From assembly GCF_003334355.1 (NCBI RefSeq), contig NZ_QOWP01000017.1: 64,000 nucleotides of DNA; one strand, written 5' to 3'. The position numbers and the translations under genes are program-made. Below the pieces are notes generated by a model. That model was given only the letters and a program-made list of their open reading frames with translations, was not told the origin of the DNA and did no database searches. Origin of the DNA: Escherichia coli (lineage in GTDB: Bacteria > Pseudomonadota > Gammaproteobacteria > Enterobacterales > Enterobacteriaceae). Below are positions 46,699 through 59,103 of the stretch, piece after piece; position 1 is the first letter of the stretch, and every line of letters starts with the position of its first letter.

Positions 46699-48108
46699 AT
46701 GTCCGCTGAACACGTACTGACGATGCTGAACGAGCACGAAGTGAAGTTTGTTGATTTGCGCTTCACCGATACTAAAGGTAAAGAACAGCACGTCACTATC
46801 CCTGCTCATCAGGTGAATGCTGAATTCTTCGAAGAAGGCAAAATGTTTGACGGCTCCTCGATTGGCGGCTGGAAAGGCATTAACGAGTCCGACATGGTGC
46901 TGATGCCAGACGCATCCACCGCAGTGATTGACCCGTTCTTCGCCGACTCCACCCTGATTATCCGTTGCGACATCCTTGAACCTGGCACCCTGCAAGGCTA
47001 TGACCGTGACCCGCGCTCCATTGCGAAGCGCGCCGAAGATTACCTGCGTTCCACTGGCATTGCCGACACCGTACTGTTCGGGCCAGAACCTGAATTCTTC
47101 CTGTTCGATGACATCCGTTTCGGATCATCTATCTCCGGTTCTCACGTTGCTATCGACGATATCGAAGGCGCATGGAACTCCTCCACCCAATATGAAGGTG
47201 GTAACAAAGGTCACCGTCCGGCAGTGAAAGGCGGTTACTTCCCGGTTCCGCCGGTAGACTCTGCTCAGGATATTCGTTCTGAAATGTGTCTGGTGATGGA
47301 ACAGATGGGCCTGGTGGTTGAAGCCCATCACCACGAAGTAGCGACTGCTGGTCAGAACGAAGTGGCTACCCGCTTCAATACCATGACCAAAAAAGCTGAC
47401 GAAATTCAGATCTACAAATATGTTGTGCACAACGTAGCGCACCGCTTCGGTAAAACCGCGACCTTTATGCCAAAACCGATGTTCGGTGATAACGGCTCCG
47501 GTATGCACTGCCACATGTCTCTGTCTAAAAACGGCGTTAACCTGTTCGCAGGCGACAAATACGCAGGTCTGTCTGAGCAGGCGCTGTACTACATTGGCGG
47601 CGTAATCAAACACGCTAAAGCGATTAACGCCCTGGCAAACCCGACCACCAACTCTTATAAGCGTCTGGTCCCGGGCTATGAAGCACCGGTAATGCTGGCT
47701 TACTCTGCGCGTAACCGTTCTGCGTCTATCCGTATTCCGGTGGTTTCTTCTCCGAAAGCACGTCGTATCGAAGTACGTTTCCCGGATCCGGCAGCTAACC
47801 CGTACCTGTGCTTTGCTGCCCTGCTGATGGCCGGTCTTGATGGTATCAAGAACAAGATCCATCCGGGCGAAGCCATGGACAAAAACCTGTATGACCTGCC
47901 GCCAGAAGAAGCGAAAGAGATCCCACAGGTTGCAGGCTCTCTGGAAGAAGCACTGAACGAACTGGATCTGGACCGCGAGTTCCTGAAAGCCGGTGGCGTG
48001 TTCACTGACGAAGCAATTGATGCGTACATCGCACTGCGTCGCGAAGAAGATGACCGCGTGCGTATGACTCCGCATCCGGTAGAGTTTGAGCTGTACTACA
48101 GCGTCTAA
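46699..48108 (+). CDS. glnA: Glutamine synthetase
   Basis: 469 aa [32 protein letters not shown]... Confidence 0.97.
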
Positions 48109-48306
48109 GTGTTTTAGTTGCCGTGGAAACTTTTCGCCTGTCTCTGGCAGGCCTGGGATCGGTGGCAAGCACATCACGCCGGATGCGACGCAAATGCGTC
48201 TTATCCGGCCTACACGGTGATGATGTGGTAGGCCGGAGCAGGTGAGTCGCTCTCCAACGTGAAGTTTGTCAGCTATCTGTAGCCCATCTCTGCATGGGCT
48301 TTTTTC
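48109..48306 (+). ncRNA. glnZ: glnA 3' UTR (candidate GlnZ-type 3'UTR-derived sRNA) with embedded REP and terminator
   Basis: REP gccggatgcgacgcaaatgcgtcttatccggcctac at 48178..48213; terminator agcccatctctgcatgggct plus T6 at 48281..48306; sRNA assignment by position only. Confidence 0.35.
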
Positions 48307-48393
48307 TCCGTCAATTCTCTGATGCTTCGCGCTTTTTATCCGTAAAAAGCTATAATGCACTAAAATGGTGCAACCTGTTCAGGAGACTGCTTT

Positions 48394-49443
48394 ATGGCAA
48401 CAGGCACGCAGCCCGATGCTGGGCAGATCCTCAACTCGCTGATTAACAGTATTTTGTTAATCGATGACAACCTGGCGATCCATTACGCCAACCCCGCCGC
48501 GCAACAACTGCTCGCCCAAAGCTCCCGCAAATTGTTTGGTACACCGTTACCGGAACTGTTGAGCTACTTCTCATTAAATATCGAGCTGATGCAAGAAAGT
48601 CTGGAGGCGGGGCAAGGTTTTACCGATAACGAAGTGACGCTGGTCATCGACGGGCGCTCGCATATCCTTTCTGTGACGGCCCAGCGTATGCCGGACGGCA
48701 TGATCCTGCTGGAGATGGCTCCGATGGATAACCAGCGCCGCTTAAGTCAGGAACAGCTACAGCACGCCCAGCAGGTTGCTGCCCGTGATTTAGTGCGCGG
48801 CCTGGCACATGAGATTAAAAATCCGCTTGGCGGTTTACGTGGCGCGGCGCAGCTGCTCAGCAAAGCGTTACCTGACCCATCACTACTCGAATATACCAAA
48901 GTGATTATCGAACAGGCGGACCGGCTGCGAAATCTGGTCGACCGTCTGTTGGGGCCGCAGCTGCCCGGTACGCGCGTTACCGAAAGTATTCACAAAGTGG
49001 CTGAACGCGTGGTAACGCTGGTGTCGATGGAACTGCCGGACAACGTGCGGTTGATTCGTGATTACGATCCCAGCCTGCCGGAACTGGCGCACGACCCGGA
49101 TCAAATTGAACAGGTCTTGCTGAATATTGTGCGCAATGCGCTACAGGCGCTGGGGCCGGAAGGCGGTGAAATCATTCTGCGTACCCGCACCGCGTTTCAA
49201 CTGACCTTACACGGCGAGCGCTACCGGCTGGCGGCGCGGATTGATGTGGAAGATAACGGGCCGGGCATTCCGCCTCATTTGCAGGATACGCTGTTTTACC
49301 CGATGGTCAGCGGCCGCGAAGGTGGCACCGGGCTTGGCTTATCCATCGCTCGTAATTTGATTGATCAGCATTCAGGCAAAATTGAATTTACCAGTTGGCC
49401 AGGGCATACCGAGTTCTCGGTTTACCTGCCTATCAGGAAATAA
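48394..49443 (+). CDS. glnL: Nitrogen-regulation sensor kinase NtrB
   Basis: 349 aa; H-box [11 protein letters not shown]. Confidence 0.95.
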
Positions 49444-49454
49444 AGGTGACGTTT

Positions 49455-50864
49455 ATGCAACGAGGGATAGTCTGGGTAGTCGATGACGATAGTTCCATCC
49501 GTTGGGTGCTTGAACGTGCGCTCGCTGGAGCGGGTTTAACCTGTACGACATTTGAGAACGGCGCGGAAGTACTGGAGGCGCTGGCGAGCAAAACGCCGGA
49601 TGTGCTGCTTTCAGATATCCGTATGCCGGGAATGGACGGGCTGGCGCTGCTCAAGCAGATTAAACAGCGCCATCCAATGCTTCCGGTCATCATTATGACC
49701 GCACATTCCGATCTGGATGCTGCCGTCAGCGCCTATCAACAAGGGGCGTTTGATTATCTGCCCAAACCGTTTGATATCGACGAAGCAGTGGCGCTGGTTG
49801 AGCGCGCTATCAGTCATTACCAGGAACAGCAGCAGCCGCGTAATATTCAGCTTAACGGCCCAACGACCGATATCATCGGCGAAGCGCCAGCCATGCAGGA
49901 CGTGTTCCGTATTATCGGTCGGCTTTCGCGTTCTTCTATTAGCGTGCTGATTAACGGCGAATCCGGCACCGGTAAAGAACTGGTCGCTCATGCCCTGCAT
50001 CGCCACAGTCCGCGCGCCAAAGCGCCGTTTATCGCGCTGAATATGGCAGCTATCCCAAAAGATTTGATCGAATCAGAACTGTTTGGCCACGAGAAAGGCG
50101 CGTTTACTGGCGCGAATACCATTCGTCAGGGGCGTTTTGAACAGGCCGATGGCGGTACATTATTCCTCGACGAAATTGGTGATATGCCGCTGGATGTGCA
50201 GACGCGTTTGCTGCGCGTGCTGGCAGACGGTCAGTTTTACCGCGTTGGCGGCTATGCGCCGGTGAAAGTGGATGTGCGGATTATCGCTGCCACTCACCAG
50301 AATCTCGAACAGCGAGTGCAGGAAGGTAAGTTCCGTGAGGATCTGTTCCACCGCCTGAACGTTATCCGCGTTCATCTGCCGCCACTGCGCGAACGTCGGG
50401 AAGATATTCCCCGTCTGGCGCGCCATTTTTTACAGGTTGCCGCGCGCGAACTGGGCGTAGAAGCGAAGTTGCTGCATCCGGAAACCGAAGCTGCTCTGAC
50501 GCGTCTGGCGTGGCCAGGCAACGTACGCCAGCTGGAAAACACCTGCCGCTGGCTAACGGTGATGGCCGCCGGGCAGGAAGTGTTGATTCAGGATTTGCCC
50601 GGCGAACTGTTTGAATCAACGGTTGCGGAGAGTACTTCGCAAATGCAACCGGACAGTTGGGCGACACTTTTAGCGCAGTGGGCAGACAGAGCGCTGCGTT
50701 CCGGTCATCAAAATCTGCTTTCCGAAGCGCAGCCAGAGCTGGAGCGGACGTTACTGACGACCGCGTTGCGACATACGCAGGGGCATAAACAGGAAGCGGC
50801 GCGGCTACTCGGCTGGGGCCGCAACACCCTGACGCGTAAGTTAAAAGAGCTGGGGATGGAGTGA
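49455..50864 (+). CDS. glnG: Nitrogen-regulation response regulator NtrC (sigma-54 activator)
   Basis: 469 aa from [23 protein letters not shown]...; receiver, AAA+ ([14 protein letters not shown]) and C-terminal HTH. Confidence 0.95.
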   Translation: MQRGIVWVVDDDSSIRWVLERALAGAGLTCTTFENGAEVLEALASKTPDVLLSDIRMPGMDGLALLKQIKQRHPMLPVIIMTAHSDLDAAVSAYQQGAFDYLPKPFDIDEAVALVERAISHYQEQQQPRNIQLNGPTTDIIGEAPAMQDVFRIIGRLSRSSISVLINGESGTGKELVAHALHRHSPRAKAPFIALNMAAIPKDLIESELFGHEKGAFTGANTIRQGRFEQADGGTLFLDEIGDMPLDVQTRLLRVLADGQFYRVGGYAPVKVDVRIIAATHQNLEQRVQEGKFREDLFHRLNVIRVHLPPLRERREDIPRLARHFLQVAARELGVEAKLLHPETEAALTRLAWPGNVRQLENTCRWLTVMAAGQEVLIQDLPGELFESTVAESTSQMQPDSWATLLAQWADRALRSGHQNLLSEAQPELERTLLTTALRHTQGHKQEAARLLGWGRNTLTRKLKELGME

Positions 50865-50975
50865 TTCACAGCTTGTGTGTAAAGATTGATTATTGAGCGC
50901 AAATTGCTGGTATTTTGCGCTTTACTGTTCCGATAAGTTCAGTATGATCTTGCCCGGAAAACGGGGAGAGTCATT

Positions 50976-51086
50976 ATGCTGGAATCAATAATTAATCTGG
51001 TATCGAGTGGCGCAGTTGACAGCCACACACCGCAAACTGCCGTTGCTGCCGTGCTGTGTGCCGCGATGATTGGGCTGTTTAGCTGA
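50976..51086 (+). CDS. yshB: Small protein YshB (36 aa)
   Basis: MLESIINLVSSGAVDSHTPQTAVAAVLCAAMIGLFS with SD ggggagag upstream; matches the YshB sequence I recall. Confidence 0.7.
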   Translation: MLESIINLVSSGAVDSHTPQTAVAAVLCAAMIGLFS

Positions 51087-51099
51087 AGCTCGTTGTTTA

Positions 51100-51203
51100 T
51101 GCCGGATGCGGAGAAAGTCGTAGGCCTGATAAGACGCGACCAGCGCCGCATCAGGCACCATGCTCAGATGCCTGATGCGGCGTAAACGCCTTATCCGGCC
51201 TAC
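51100..51203. repeat. REP/BIME cluster (three REP palindromes) between yshB and hemN
   Basis: gccggatgcggagaaagtcgtaggcctgataagacgcgaccagcgccgcatcaggca...gatgcctgatgcggcgtaaacgccttatccggcctac. Confidence 0.8.
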
Positions 51204-51314
51204 AAAAGCAATAATTTCAACAGGTTTTGTTGCCCAGCGCATCAGGCAATCTTGTTCTCAGCACATTGATGGCGCTTTCGTTTTCTACTTTGTAAACGAA
51301 GCGCCATTCACTAT

Positions 51315-52688
51315 TTAAATCACCCGAGAGAACTGCTGCATCCGCGCTTTCTGGCGCAGATAGGTATCAAAGCACATGCAAATGTTGCGGATCAGCAAGC
51401 GACCTTTCGCCGTCACCTGTATTCCCTTCTCATCCACATCCACCAGCCCATCTTTTGCTAACGGGGCGAGCAGCTTGAGATCTTCCGCAAAGTAATCAGC
51501 GAAGTGCAAATCCCACTGTTTCTCAATAGGGGCGTAATCCAGACGGAAGTTGCAGATGAGCGACTTAATCACATCGCGGCGAATACAGTCATCACGCGTT
51601 AGCGCAATACCACGCCACAGCGCATTGCCTTGTTCATCCACTTGCTGATAGTACTGCTTCAACTCTTTCTGGTTCTGCGCGTAGCAGTCGCCAATCATGC
51701 TGATGGCGGAAACGCCCATCCCCAGCAGATCGGTATCGCCCTGAGTGGTGTAGCCCTGGAAGTTACGATGCAGCACGCCTTCACGCTGGGCCACCGCCAG
51801 CTCGTCATCCGGACGGGCAAAGTGATCCATACCGATAAACTGATAGCCCGATTGCGTCAGGAAGGCGATGGTTTCCTGCAGGATATCGAGTTTTTGCTGC
51901 GGACTCGGCAGGTCAGCATCTTTGATTTTGCGCTGAGCAGCAAAAATGGTCGGCAGATGCGCGTAGTTAAAGACACTCAGACGATCGGGGTTCAGCTCCG
52001 CCACACGTTTCAGGGTAAAGGCGAAACTCTCCGGCGTCTGTTTCGGCAGGCCGTAAATCAGGTCGATGTTGGTGGAGGTAAAACCAATCTCACGCGCATG
52101 GTTAAGCAGTGCAAAGATGAACTCTTCATCCTGCTCGCGGTTAACCAGACGTTGCACTTCTTTGTTGAAGTCCTGCACGCCCATGCTCAGGCGATTAAAG
52201 CCTTCGGCGCGTAAATGATCGAGTACATCCAGTTCGATTTCCCGCGGATCGACTTCGATCGAAATCTCCGCATCGGCATTGAACTGGAAGTTTTCGCGCA
52301 GCAGCTTCATCAGGCGGCTGATTTGCGCTTTATTCAGATACGTCGGCGTTCCGCCGCCCCAGTGCAATTGGCTGACGTGACGCCCGGCGAACAGCGGTGC
52401 ACGATGGACGATTTCTTGCTCCAGCGCGTCCAGATACTGATCGGCCTTGTGCTGCTGGCGAGTAACAATCTTATTGCAACCGCAGAAGTAACAAAGCTTA
52501 TGGCAGAACGGGATATGTACGTAGAGAGATAATGGACGCTCAGGATAGCGCGCCACGGCTTGTAAAAACGCCTGTTCGCCGAAGTCTTCTGAAAACTCCA
52601 GCGCGGTCGGGTACGAGGTGTATCGTGGCCCGGAATAGTTATATTTCTGGATCAGGGCCAGATCCCAGTCGATTTGCTGTACAGACAT
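51315..52688 (-). CDS. hemN: Oxygen-independent coproporphyrinogen III oxidase (radical SAM)
   Basis: 457 aa from MSVQQIDWDLALIQKYN...; radical-SAM CxxxCxxC (CHKLCYFCGC). Confidence 0.95.
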   Translation of the reverse strand: MSVQQIDWDLALIQKYNYSGPRYTSYPTALEFSEDFGEQAFLQAVARYPERPLSLYVHIPFCHKLCYFCGCNKIVTRQQHKADQYLDALEQEIVHRAPLFAGRHVSQLHWGGGTPTYLNKAQISRLMKLLRENFQFNADAEISIEVDPREIELDVLDHLRAEGFNRLSMGVQDFNKEVQRLVNREQDEEFIFALLNHAREIGFTSTNIDLIYGLPKQTPESFAFTLKRVAELNPDRLSVFNYAHLPTIFAAQRKIKDADLPSPQQKLDILQETIAFLTQSGYQFIGMDHFARPDDELAVAQREGVLHRNFQGYTTQGDTDLLGMGVSAISMIGDCYAQNQKELKQYYQQVDEQGNALWRGIALTRDDCIRRDVIKSLICNFRLDYAPIEKQWDLHFADYFAEDLKLLAPLAKDGLVDVDEKGIQVTAKGRLLIRNICMCFDTYLRQKARMQQFSRVI

Positions 52689-52876
52689 GCTCACTCCTTC
52701 CGATGGCGTCTCTGGCGGCTACGGCGTACCGGCGGATGCCCGTTTCGGGTCATCAGCCGGTTGCGCAGCCACTTTTGTCGCCGCGACAACCGCTGTAGTT
52801 TAACGAATAACCACACCAGATAACATATAACCGGAAGGGTTATCAGCAGAACGGGAAGGCCCACGGCGGCAATCCG

Positions 52877-53386
52877 TTAGTTGCCCCGCAGCAGACGCAT
52901 CATGTCTTCTTGCTTCTCGTCTTCTTCCTCTTCTTCGTCATCGTCATAAGAGAGGCCGAGTTTCTGCATCAACTCATCAATACGATCCAGTTTAGCATCC
53001 ACCCAGGATTGCTCTTCGGCACTCAGGGTTTCGCCTGCTTCCAGACGTTCCAGCAGCGCATCCAGACGCTCATCCGTTTCCAGTAATTCCAACTCCGCCT
53101 GCGGTGAAAGCATAGGTTTCTCACTCTTCGGTTTGTGCTGTTTGGTGACTTTTTCAGTCACGCCCAATGGAATAGGGGTTTTACTGCCAATACGTGGATC
53201 TTTTGGTGCGTTCTGGCCTTTGCTGCCTGACGTGGTGTTTCCGCCCGCTGCGCGGCTGCCCGGCGCATGACCACGACGTTTTTTCTGACGCTTGCGATCA
53301 CGAGCTTCCTGATCCAGCTCCTCGCGTGTTTTTCGACGCGCTTTTGCATGACCTTTGCTGCGTGAGTTTGAAGATGATGGTTTCAT
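52877..53386 (-). CDS. yihI: Der GTPase-activating protein YihI
   Basis: 169 aa from [25 protein letters not shown]...; basic N-terminus, acidic C-terminus. Confidence 0.9.
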   Translation of the reverse strand: MKPSSSNSRSKGHAKARRKTREELDQEARDRKRQKKRRGHAPGSRAAGGNTTSGSKGQNAPKDPRIGSKTPIPLGVTEKVTKQHKPKSEKPMLSPQAELELLETDERLDALLERLEAGETLSAEEQSWVDAKLDRIDELMQKLGLSYDDDEEEEEDEKQEDMMRLLRGN

Positions 53387-53452
53387 AATGGTTCGTCTTT
53401 TAGCCGTTTTATTCAGTATAGATTTGCGGCGGAATCTAACAGAAAGCAAGCA

Positions 53453-53697
53453 AAGAAAAAAGGCGACAGATTACTCTGTCGCCTTTTTTCCTGACTCATA
53501 ACCCTTAACGGGTCTTACAATCCTTGCAGGCCGCCAACACACCCTGTTTTTCCTTTAGCCGGAACAATCCGTGTTGATTCCATTTCCGTTTAATTACGTC
53601 TCCGGACGTTTGTCTTCCTGACAATCCTCTGTCTTCGCCTCCTGGCGCTCCTGACCCTCATCCTGAGTCATTGTTCCTGTTAGCGTCCTCGCTCTAT
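53453..53697 (-). ncRNA. csrC: CsrC small RNA (CsrA-sequestering)
   Basis: Minus-strand sequence begins atagagcgaggacgctaacaggaacaatgactcaggatgagggtcaggagcgccaggaggcgaagacagaggattgtcaggaagac..., has multiple GGA motifs and ends in terminator ggcgacagagtaatctgtcgcc plus U-run; matches CsrC as I recall it. Confidence 0.9.
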
Positions 53698-53967
53698 GGG
53701 TGCTACTTTACGCCTTTGCTTTAAACAAACAATCAACCGCCATCAGTATTTGCACATTTTCAGAGTTTTATATAAAAGCAATTCACTGATTTATATAGCT
53801 TATTTGACATGCATCGCAGAATTTTCTCTGCTATTTCGCATAAAGACTATCGGCAATGTCTCACAAAGCGTATGGCTTTTACTTACAACGCTCACGCCGA
53901 AAAATCCGCCTTTTATTATGGTTCAGGTATAATCGCCACAAAGCTTTGACTGACGGAGACGACCGCT

Positions 53968-54600
53968 TTGACTAATTTGAATTATCAACAGACGCATTTT
54001 GTGATGAGTGCGCCTGATATTCGCCACCTACCTTCCGATACCGGAATTGAAGTGGCTTTTGCAGGCCGTTCCAACGCAGGTAAATCCAGCGCGCTGAACA
54101 CGCTGACTAACCAGAAAAGCCTGGCTCGTACCTCAAAAACCCCAGGGCGCACCCAGCTTATCAACCTGTTTGAAGTGGCTGACGGCAAGCGTCTGGTTGA
54201 CTTGCCTGGGTACGGTTATGCGGAAGTCCCGGAAGAGATGAAGCGCAAATGGCAGCGTGCGCTCGGCGAATACCTCGAAAAACGTCAGAGCCTGCAAGGT
54301 CTGGTGGTGCTAATGGATATTCGCCATCCGCTGAAAGATTTGGATCAGCAGATGATTGAGTGGGCGGTAGACAGCAATATCGCCGTTCTGGTGCTGCTGA
54401 CCAAAGCGGACAAACTGGCAAGCGGCGCACGTAAAGCGCAATTGAATATGGTGCGTGAAGCTGTACTGGCGTTTAACGGTGATGTGCAGGTTGAAACGTT
54501 TTCTTCGTTGAAGAAACAAGGCGTGGACAAGCTGCGGCAGAAACTGGATACCTGGTTTAGCGAGATGCAGCCTGTAGAAGAAACGCAGGACGGCGAATAA
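53968..54600 (+). CDS. engB: Ribosome-biogenesis GTPase EngB (YihA)
   Basis: 210-aa ORF with TTG start, G1 motif [17 protein letters not shown]. Confidence 0.95.
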
Positions 54601-54617
54601 TTTTCTTGCCTTAATGC

Positions 54618-54700
54618 TTGTGCCGGATGTGGCGTATCCGGCCCGTAAATTCAATAGATTACAATTCTACCGTTGGCCTGATAAACATAGCGCATCAGGC
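54618..54700. repeat. Two palindromic REP-like hairpins downstream of engB
   Basis: gccggatgtggcgtatccggc and gcctgataaacatagcgcatcaggc. Confidence 0.5.
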
Positions 54701-54725
54701 ATTACGGATCTTTTCTTTCGCCCAA

Positions 54726-54834
54726 TAAAAAACGCCCCAGTCATTACTGACTGGGGCGGCTAAAATATTCAGCCAAATCCGATTACGTGAAGTAAAAGGT
54801 CTGAAAGATAGAACATCTTACCTCTGTACCCTAC
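54726..54834 (-). ncRNA. spf: Spot 42 small RNA
   Basis: Minus strand reads gtagggtacagaggtaagatgttctatctttcagaccttttacttcacgtaatcggatttggctgaatattttagccgccccagtcagtaatgactggggcgtttttta, the 109-nt Spot 42 sequence as I recall it, including its terminator. Confidence 0.92.
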
Positions 54835-54980
54835 GCGACTAACTTTACTCTTTTTTGTTCAGTTCAGAAAGCACTTTTTGTAATTTTTTTTCAGTTGTTG
54901 CATAGGAATTTCTAATAGCCATCACAAAACGTGACAGCTTATGTTGCTTACTTACGAAAAAAGGCATGTTCAGGCGAATC

Positions 54981-57767
54981 TTAGTGCGCCTGATCCCAGT
55001 TTTCGCCACTCCCCACTTCCACCAGCAACGGCACATCCAGACGGGTACAGTTTTCCATCAGTTGATGAATCTGCTTCGCGACGGCATCAACATCATCTTT
55101 ATGAACTTCAAATACCAGTTCATCGTGTACCTGCATGATCATACGTACACGCGGTTGCTCAGCCTGTAACCACGCATCAACGGCAATCATCGCCCGTTTG
55201 ATAATGTCGGCGGCGGTTCCCTGCATTGGCGCGTTAATGGCTGCACGTTCAGCCGCTGCACGACGAGCACCATTGCTGGATTTGATATCCGGCAGATACA
55301 GACGGCGTCCGTCCAGCGTTTCAACGTAGCCCTGCTCTTTCGCCTGAGCACGGGTGCGTTCCATATACTCCAGCACGCCAGGGTAGCGTTCGAAGTAAAG
55401 GTCCATGTACTTCTGCGCTTCTTTACGTGGAATGTTCAATTGCCGCGCCAGACCGAAAGCACTCATGCCATAAATCAGACCAAAGTTGATCGCTTTCGCG
55501 CTACGGCGTTGCTCGCTGGTGACGGTTTCCAGTGGCAAACCAAACACTTCTGCCGCCGTTGCCCGGTGGATATCTTTTCCTTCCGCGAATGCGGTCAGCA
55601 AGCCTTTGTCACGCGAAAGATGCGCCATAATGCGCAGTTCAATCTGCGAGTAGTCCGCTGAGACAATCACATAATCCTCTGGCGCAATAAACGCCTGGCG
55701 GATACGACGACCTTCTTCGTTACGCACCGGAATGTTTTGCAGGTTAGGATCGGTTGACGATAAACGTCCCGTTGCAGTTACTGCCTGGTGATAAGAGGTA
55801 TGCACACGCCCGGTTTTCGGGTTGATCATCAGCGGCAGCTTGTCGGTGTAGGTCGATTTCAGCTTCGCCAGACCACGATACTCCAGAATCACTTTTGGCA
55901 ACGGATAGTCCAGCGCCAGTTCTTCCAGTACCTCTTCCGACGTTGACGGCGCGCCACCCGGCGTTTTCTTCAGCGGTTTAATGCCCTGTTTTTCAAAGAG
56001 AATGGTTTGTAACTGCTTGGTGGAAGAAAGGTTAAATTCCTCACCTGCAATTTCATGCGCTTTCTTTTCCAGCTCAGCCAGACGAAGGGTGAGCTCTTCA
56101 GAATGATTGTGCAGCACTTTCGGATCGATCTTCACACCGTTACGTTCAATGCGTGAAAGCACCGGCACCAGCGGCATTTCGATATTCTCGAAGACGTTCA
56201 ACGGCCCTTTGTGTTTTTGCAGATCCGGCCACATTTTCAGATGCAACTGCAAGGTGACATCTGCATCTTCGGCGGCGTAACGTCCGGCTTCTTCGAGGGC
56301 AATCTGGTTAAAGGTCAGTTGATTTTTGCCTTTACCAGCAATCTCTTCAAAAGTGATGGTTTTGTGCTTCAACCAACGTTCCGCGAGGCTGTCCATATCG
56401 TGACGCCCGGCAACGCTATTGAGAATGTAGGACTCCAGCATGGTATCAAACGCAATCCCACGCAGTTCAATGCCGTAGTTCGCCAGAATACCGCGATCGT
56501 ATTTCAGGTTTTGCCCGACCTTCAGCGCCTTTTCATCTTCCAGCAGCGGTTTTAGCAACTCGAGTGCACGCTCGCGAGAGATTTGATCGGGCGCATCAAG
56601 ATAATCATGAGCAACCGGAATATATGCCGCTACGCCTGGCTCGATAGCAAAAGAAAGCCCGACCAGGTTAGCAGAGATGTTATCAAGGCTGTCGGTTTCG
56701 GTATCAAATGCAAATACCGGCGCTTTTTCCAGCTTCGCAATCCACGCTTTCAGTGTTTCTTCATCAAGGATGGTGACGTAGTTGTCATAAGAAATCACCG
56801 TTGCCGTCACTTCTGGTGCTTCGTCTGCAACACTGGTTTCCTGTGGCTTCGCGGCTGGTTTTGCCCCTTTGGCCTGTAACCATTTGCCCGCTTCGACATC
56901 AGCAGTCCAGCGTTTGAACTCATACTTTTTGAACAGCCCCAACAACTCTTCCGCTGCCGGTTGCTGCACTTCCAGTTGTTCACAGGTCAGCTCCAGTTCA
57001 ACGTCGGTTTTAATCGTCGCCAGCTGGTATGAGAGATAAGCAACTTCTTTGTTTTGCTCGAGCTTCGCTGCCATTGTTTTCGCGCCACGGAAGCTCAACC
57101 CAGCAATTTTTTCTGGCTCGGCATACAGCGTATCCAGTCCGCCAAGACCTTGCAGCAATGCCTGCGCGGTTTTTTCACCGACGCCCGGTACGCCAGGAAT
57201 ATTATCAGAGGAGTCACCCATCAGCGCCAGGAAATCGATGATCAGTTCTGGCGGCACGCCGTACTTATTCACCACCTCTTCCGGTCCGAGGATGGTATTC
57301 GTCATGGTATTGATAAGCGTAATATTTGGCGTCACCAGCTGCGCCATATCTTTATCGCCAGTGCTGATCAGCACCGGACGCCCGGCTTTTTCGGCTTCGC
57401 GCGCCAGAGTACCGATAACGTCGTCCGCTTCTACGCCAGAAACCGCCAGCAGCGGCAGTCCCATCGCTTTAACCATCGCGTGCAAGGGTTCGATTTGTGC
57501 ACGCAGATCGTCCGGCATTGGCGGGCGATGTGATTTGTAATGTTCAAACAGTTCATCACGAAAGGTTTTTCCCTTGGCGTCAAAGACCACCGCTGCATGC
57601 GTCGGTTTATATTGCATGATCAGACTGCGCAGCATGTTGAGGACACCATACATCGCACCGGTCGGCTCGCCTGCGCTGTTAGTCAGCGGGGGAAACGCGT
57701 GATATGCGCGATAAAGATAAGATGAACCATCTACAAGGATAAGTGGATTTTGGGGGATCTGAACCAT
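54981..57767 (-). CDS. polA: DNA polymerase I
   Basis: 928 aa [45 protein letters not shown]... Confidence 0.97.
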
Positions 57768-57890
57768 AATGTCCGTGCCTGTTTATCAGATTATGGGTAA
57801 AGGATGCCACAGACAGGATGAAAACATGAGTTTTTCACCGCTTTTCGTGAAAATCTTTTGTAGATCTTCTGGATCGCTCGCAAATCGTCA

Positions 57891-57899
57891 TGTGGATAA
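57891..57899. promoter_or_regulatory. DnaA box in the polA promoter region (second near-consensus box at about 58028..58036)
   Basis: tgtggataa = reverse complement of TTATCCACA (perfect consensus); ctatccaca-type box about 140 bp downstream. Confidence 0.5.
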
Positions 57900-58130
57900 C
57901 TTTGTGCATAAATTATTTACATCGCTTTTAATTTATTATCATGCTTTTTACAGCATGATGTTTGTCTTTGTTTTTCATGCAGTTAAAAATAAATCCATCC
58001 CTAATAATTGAGATAATGGGATTTTTTCTAATGTGGATAGATATGAATTATTTTTCTCCTTAAGGATCATCCGTTATTTGGGTCGTTTTCTGCTAAAATC
58101 TGCGCCTTGCGCTTCTTTAGCGCACTGTCT

Positions 58131-59063
58131 ATGGCTAACCTTTTGAATAAATTCATTATGACGAGAATACTCGCTGCGATAACCCTTTTGCTGAGTATCG
58201 TATTGACCATTTTGGTCACTATTTTTTGTTCCGTCCCGATCATCATTGCCGGGATTGTAAAACTATTGCTACCTGTGCCAGTCATTTGGCGAAAGGTTTC
58301 GCGTTTTTGTGATTTTATGATGTATTGCTGGTGTGAAGGTCTGGCGGTATTACTGCATCTGAACCCACACCTGCAATGGGAAGTTCACGGGCTGGAAGGG
58401 TTAAGTAAGAAGAACTGGTATCTGCTTATTTGTAACCACCGTAGTTGGGCAGATATTGTCGTACTGTGCGTGCTGTTTCGTAAGCACATTCCGATGAATA
58501 AATATTTCCTCAAGCAACAGCTGGCCTGGGTGCCATTTCTTGGCCTGGCGTGCTGGTCGCTGGATATGCCGTTTATGAAGCGTTATTCCCGCGCTTATTT
58601 ATTACGTCATCCGGAGCGACGTGGTAAAGATGTTGAAACCACTCGGCGTTCTTGTGAAAAGTTTCGCCTGCATCCCACCACCATTGTCAATTTCGTTGAA
58701 GGCTCCCGTTTCACGCAAGAAAAACATCAGCAAACCCACTCCACTTTTCAAAACTTGTTGCCACCAAAGGCGGCAGGCATTGCGATGGCGCTAAATGTAC
58801 TGGGTAAACAATTCGATAAACTGCTTAATGTTACGCTGTGTTATCCGGACAATAACCGTCAGCCGTTCTTCGATATGTTAAGCGGTAAACTGACGCGGAT
58901 TGTCGTACATGTGGATTTACAGCCTATTGCCGATGAGTTACATGGCGACTACATCAATGACAAAAGCTTTAAGCGCCATTTTCAGCAATGGCTGAACTCA
59001 TTGTGGCAGGAAAAAGACCGGCTTCTGACGTCTCTCATGTCATCACAGCGTCAGAATAAGTAA
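58131..59063 (+). CDS. yihG: PlsC-family acyltransferase
   Basis: 310 aa from [20 protein letters not shown]...; acyltransferase motif NHRSWAD. Confidence 0.9.
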
Positions 59064-59068
59064 GTTTT

Positions 59069-59096
59069 ACTCGCCTCTGAATGAGCAGAGGCGAGT
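59069..59096. terminator. Bidirectional terminator hairpin between convergent yihG and yihF
   Basis: actcgcctctg aatgag cagaggcgagt, 11-bp perfect stem. Confidence 0.6.
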
Positions 59097-59103
59097 GAGT
59101 ATT

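Noticed and set aside
47125-48360. 411-aa ORF on the minus strand
   Set aside because: Antisense to glnA; no SD, and composition is typical of an antisense artefact.
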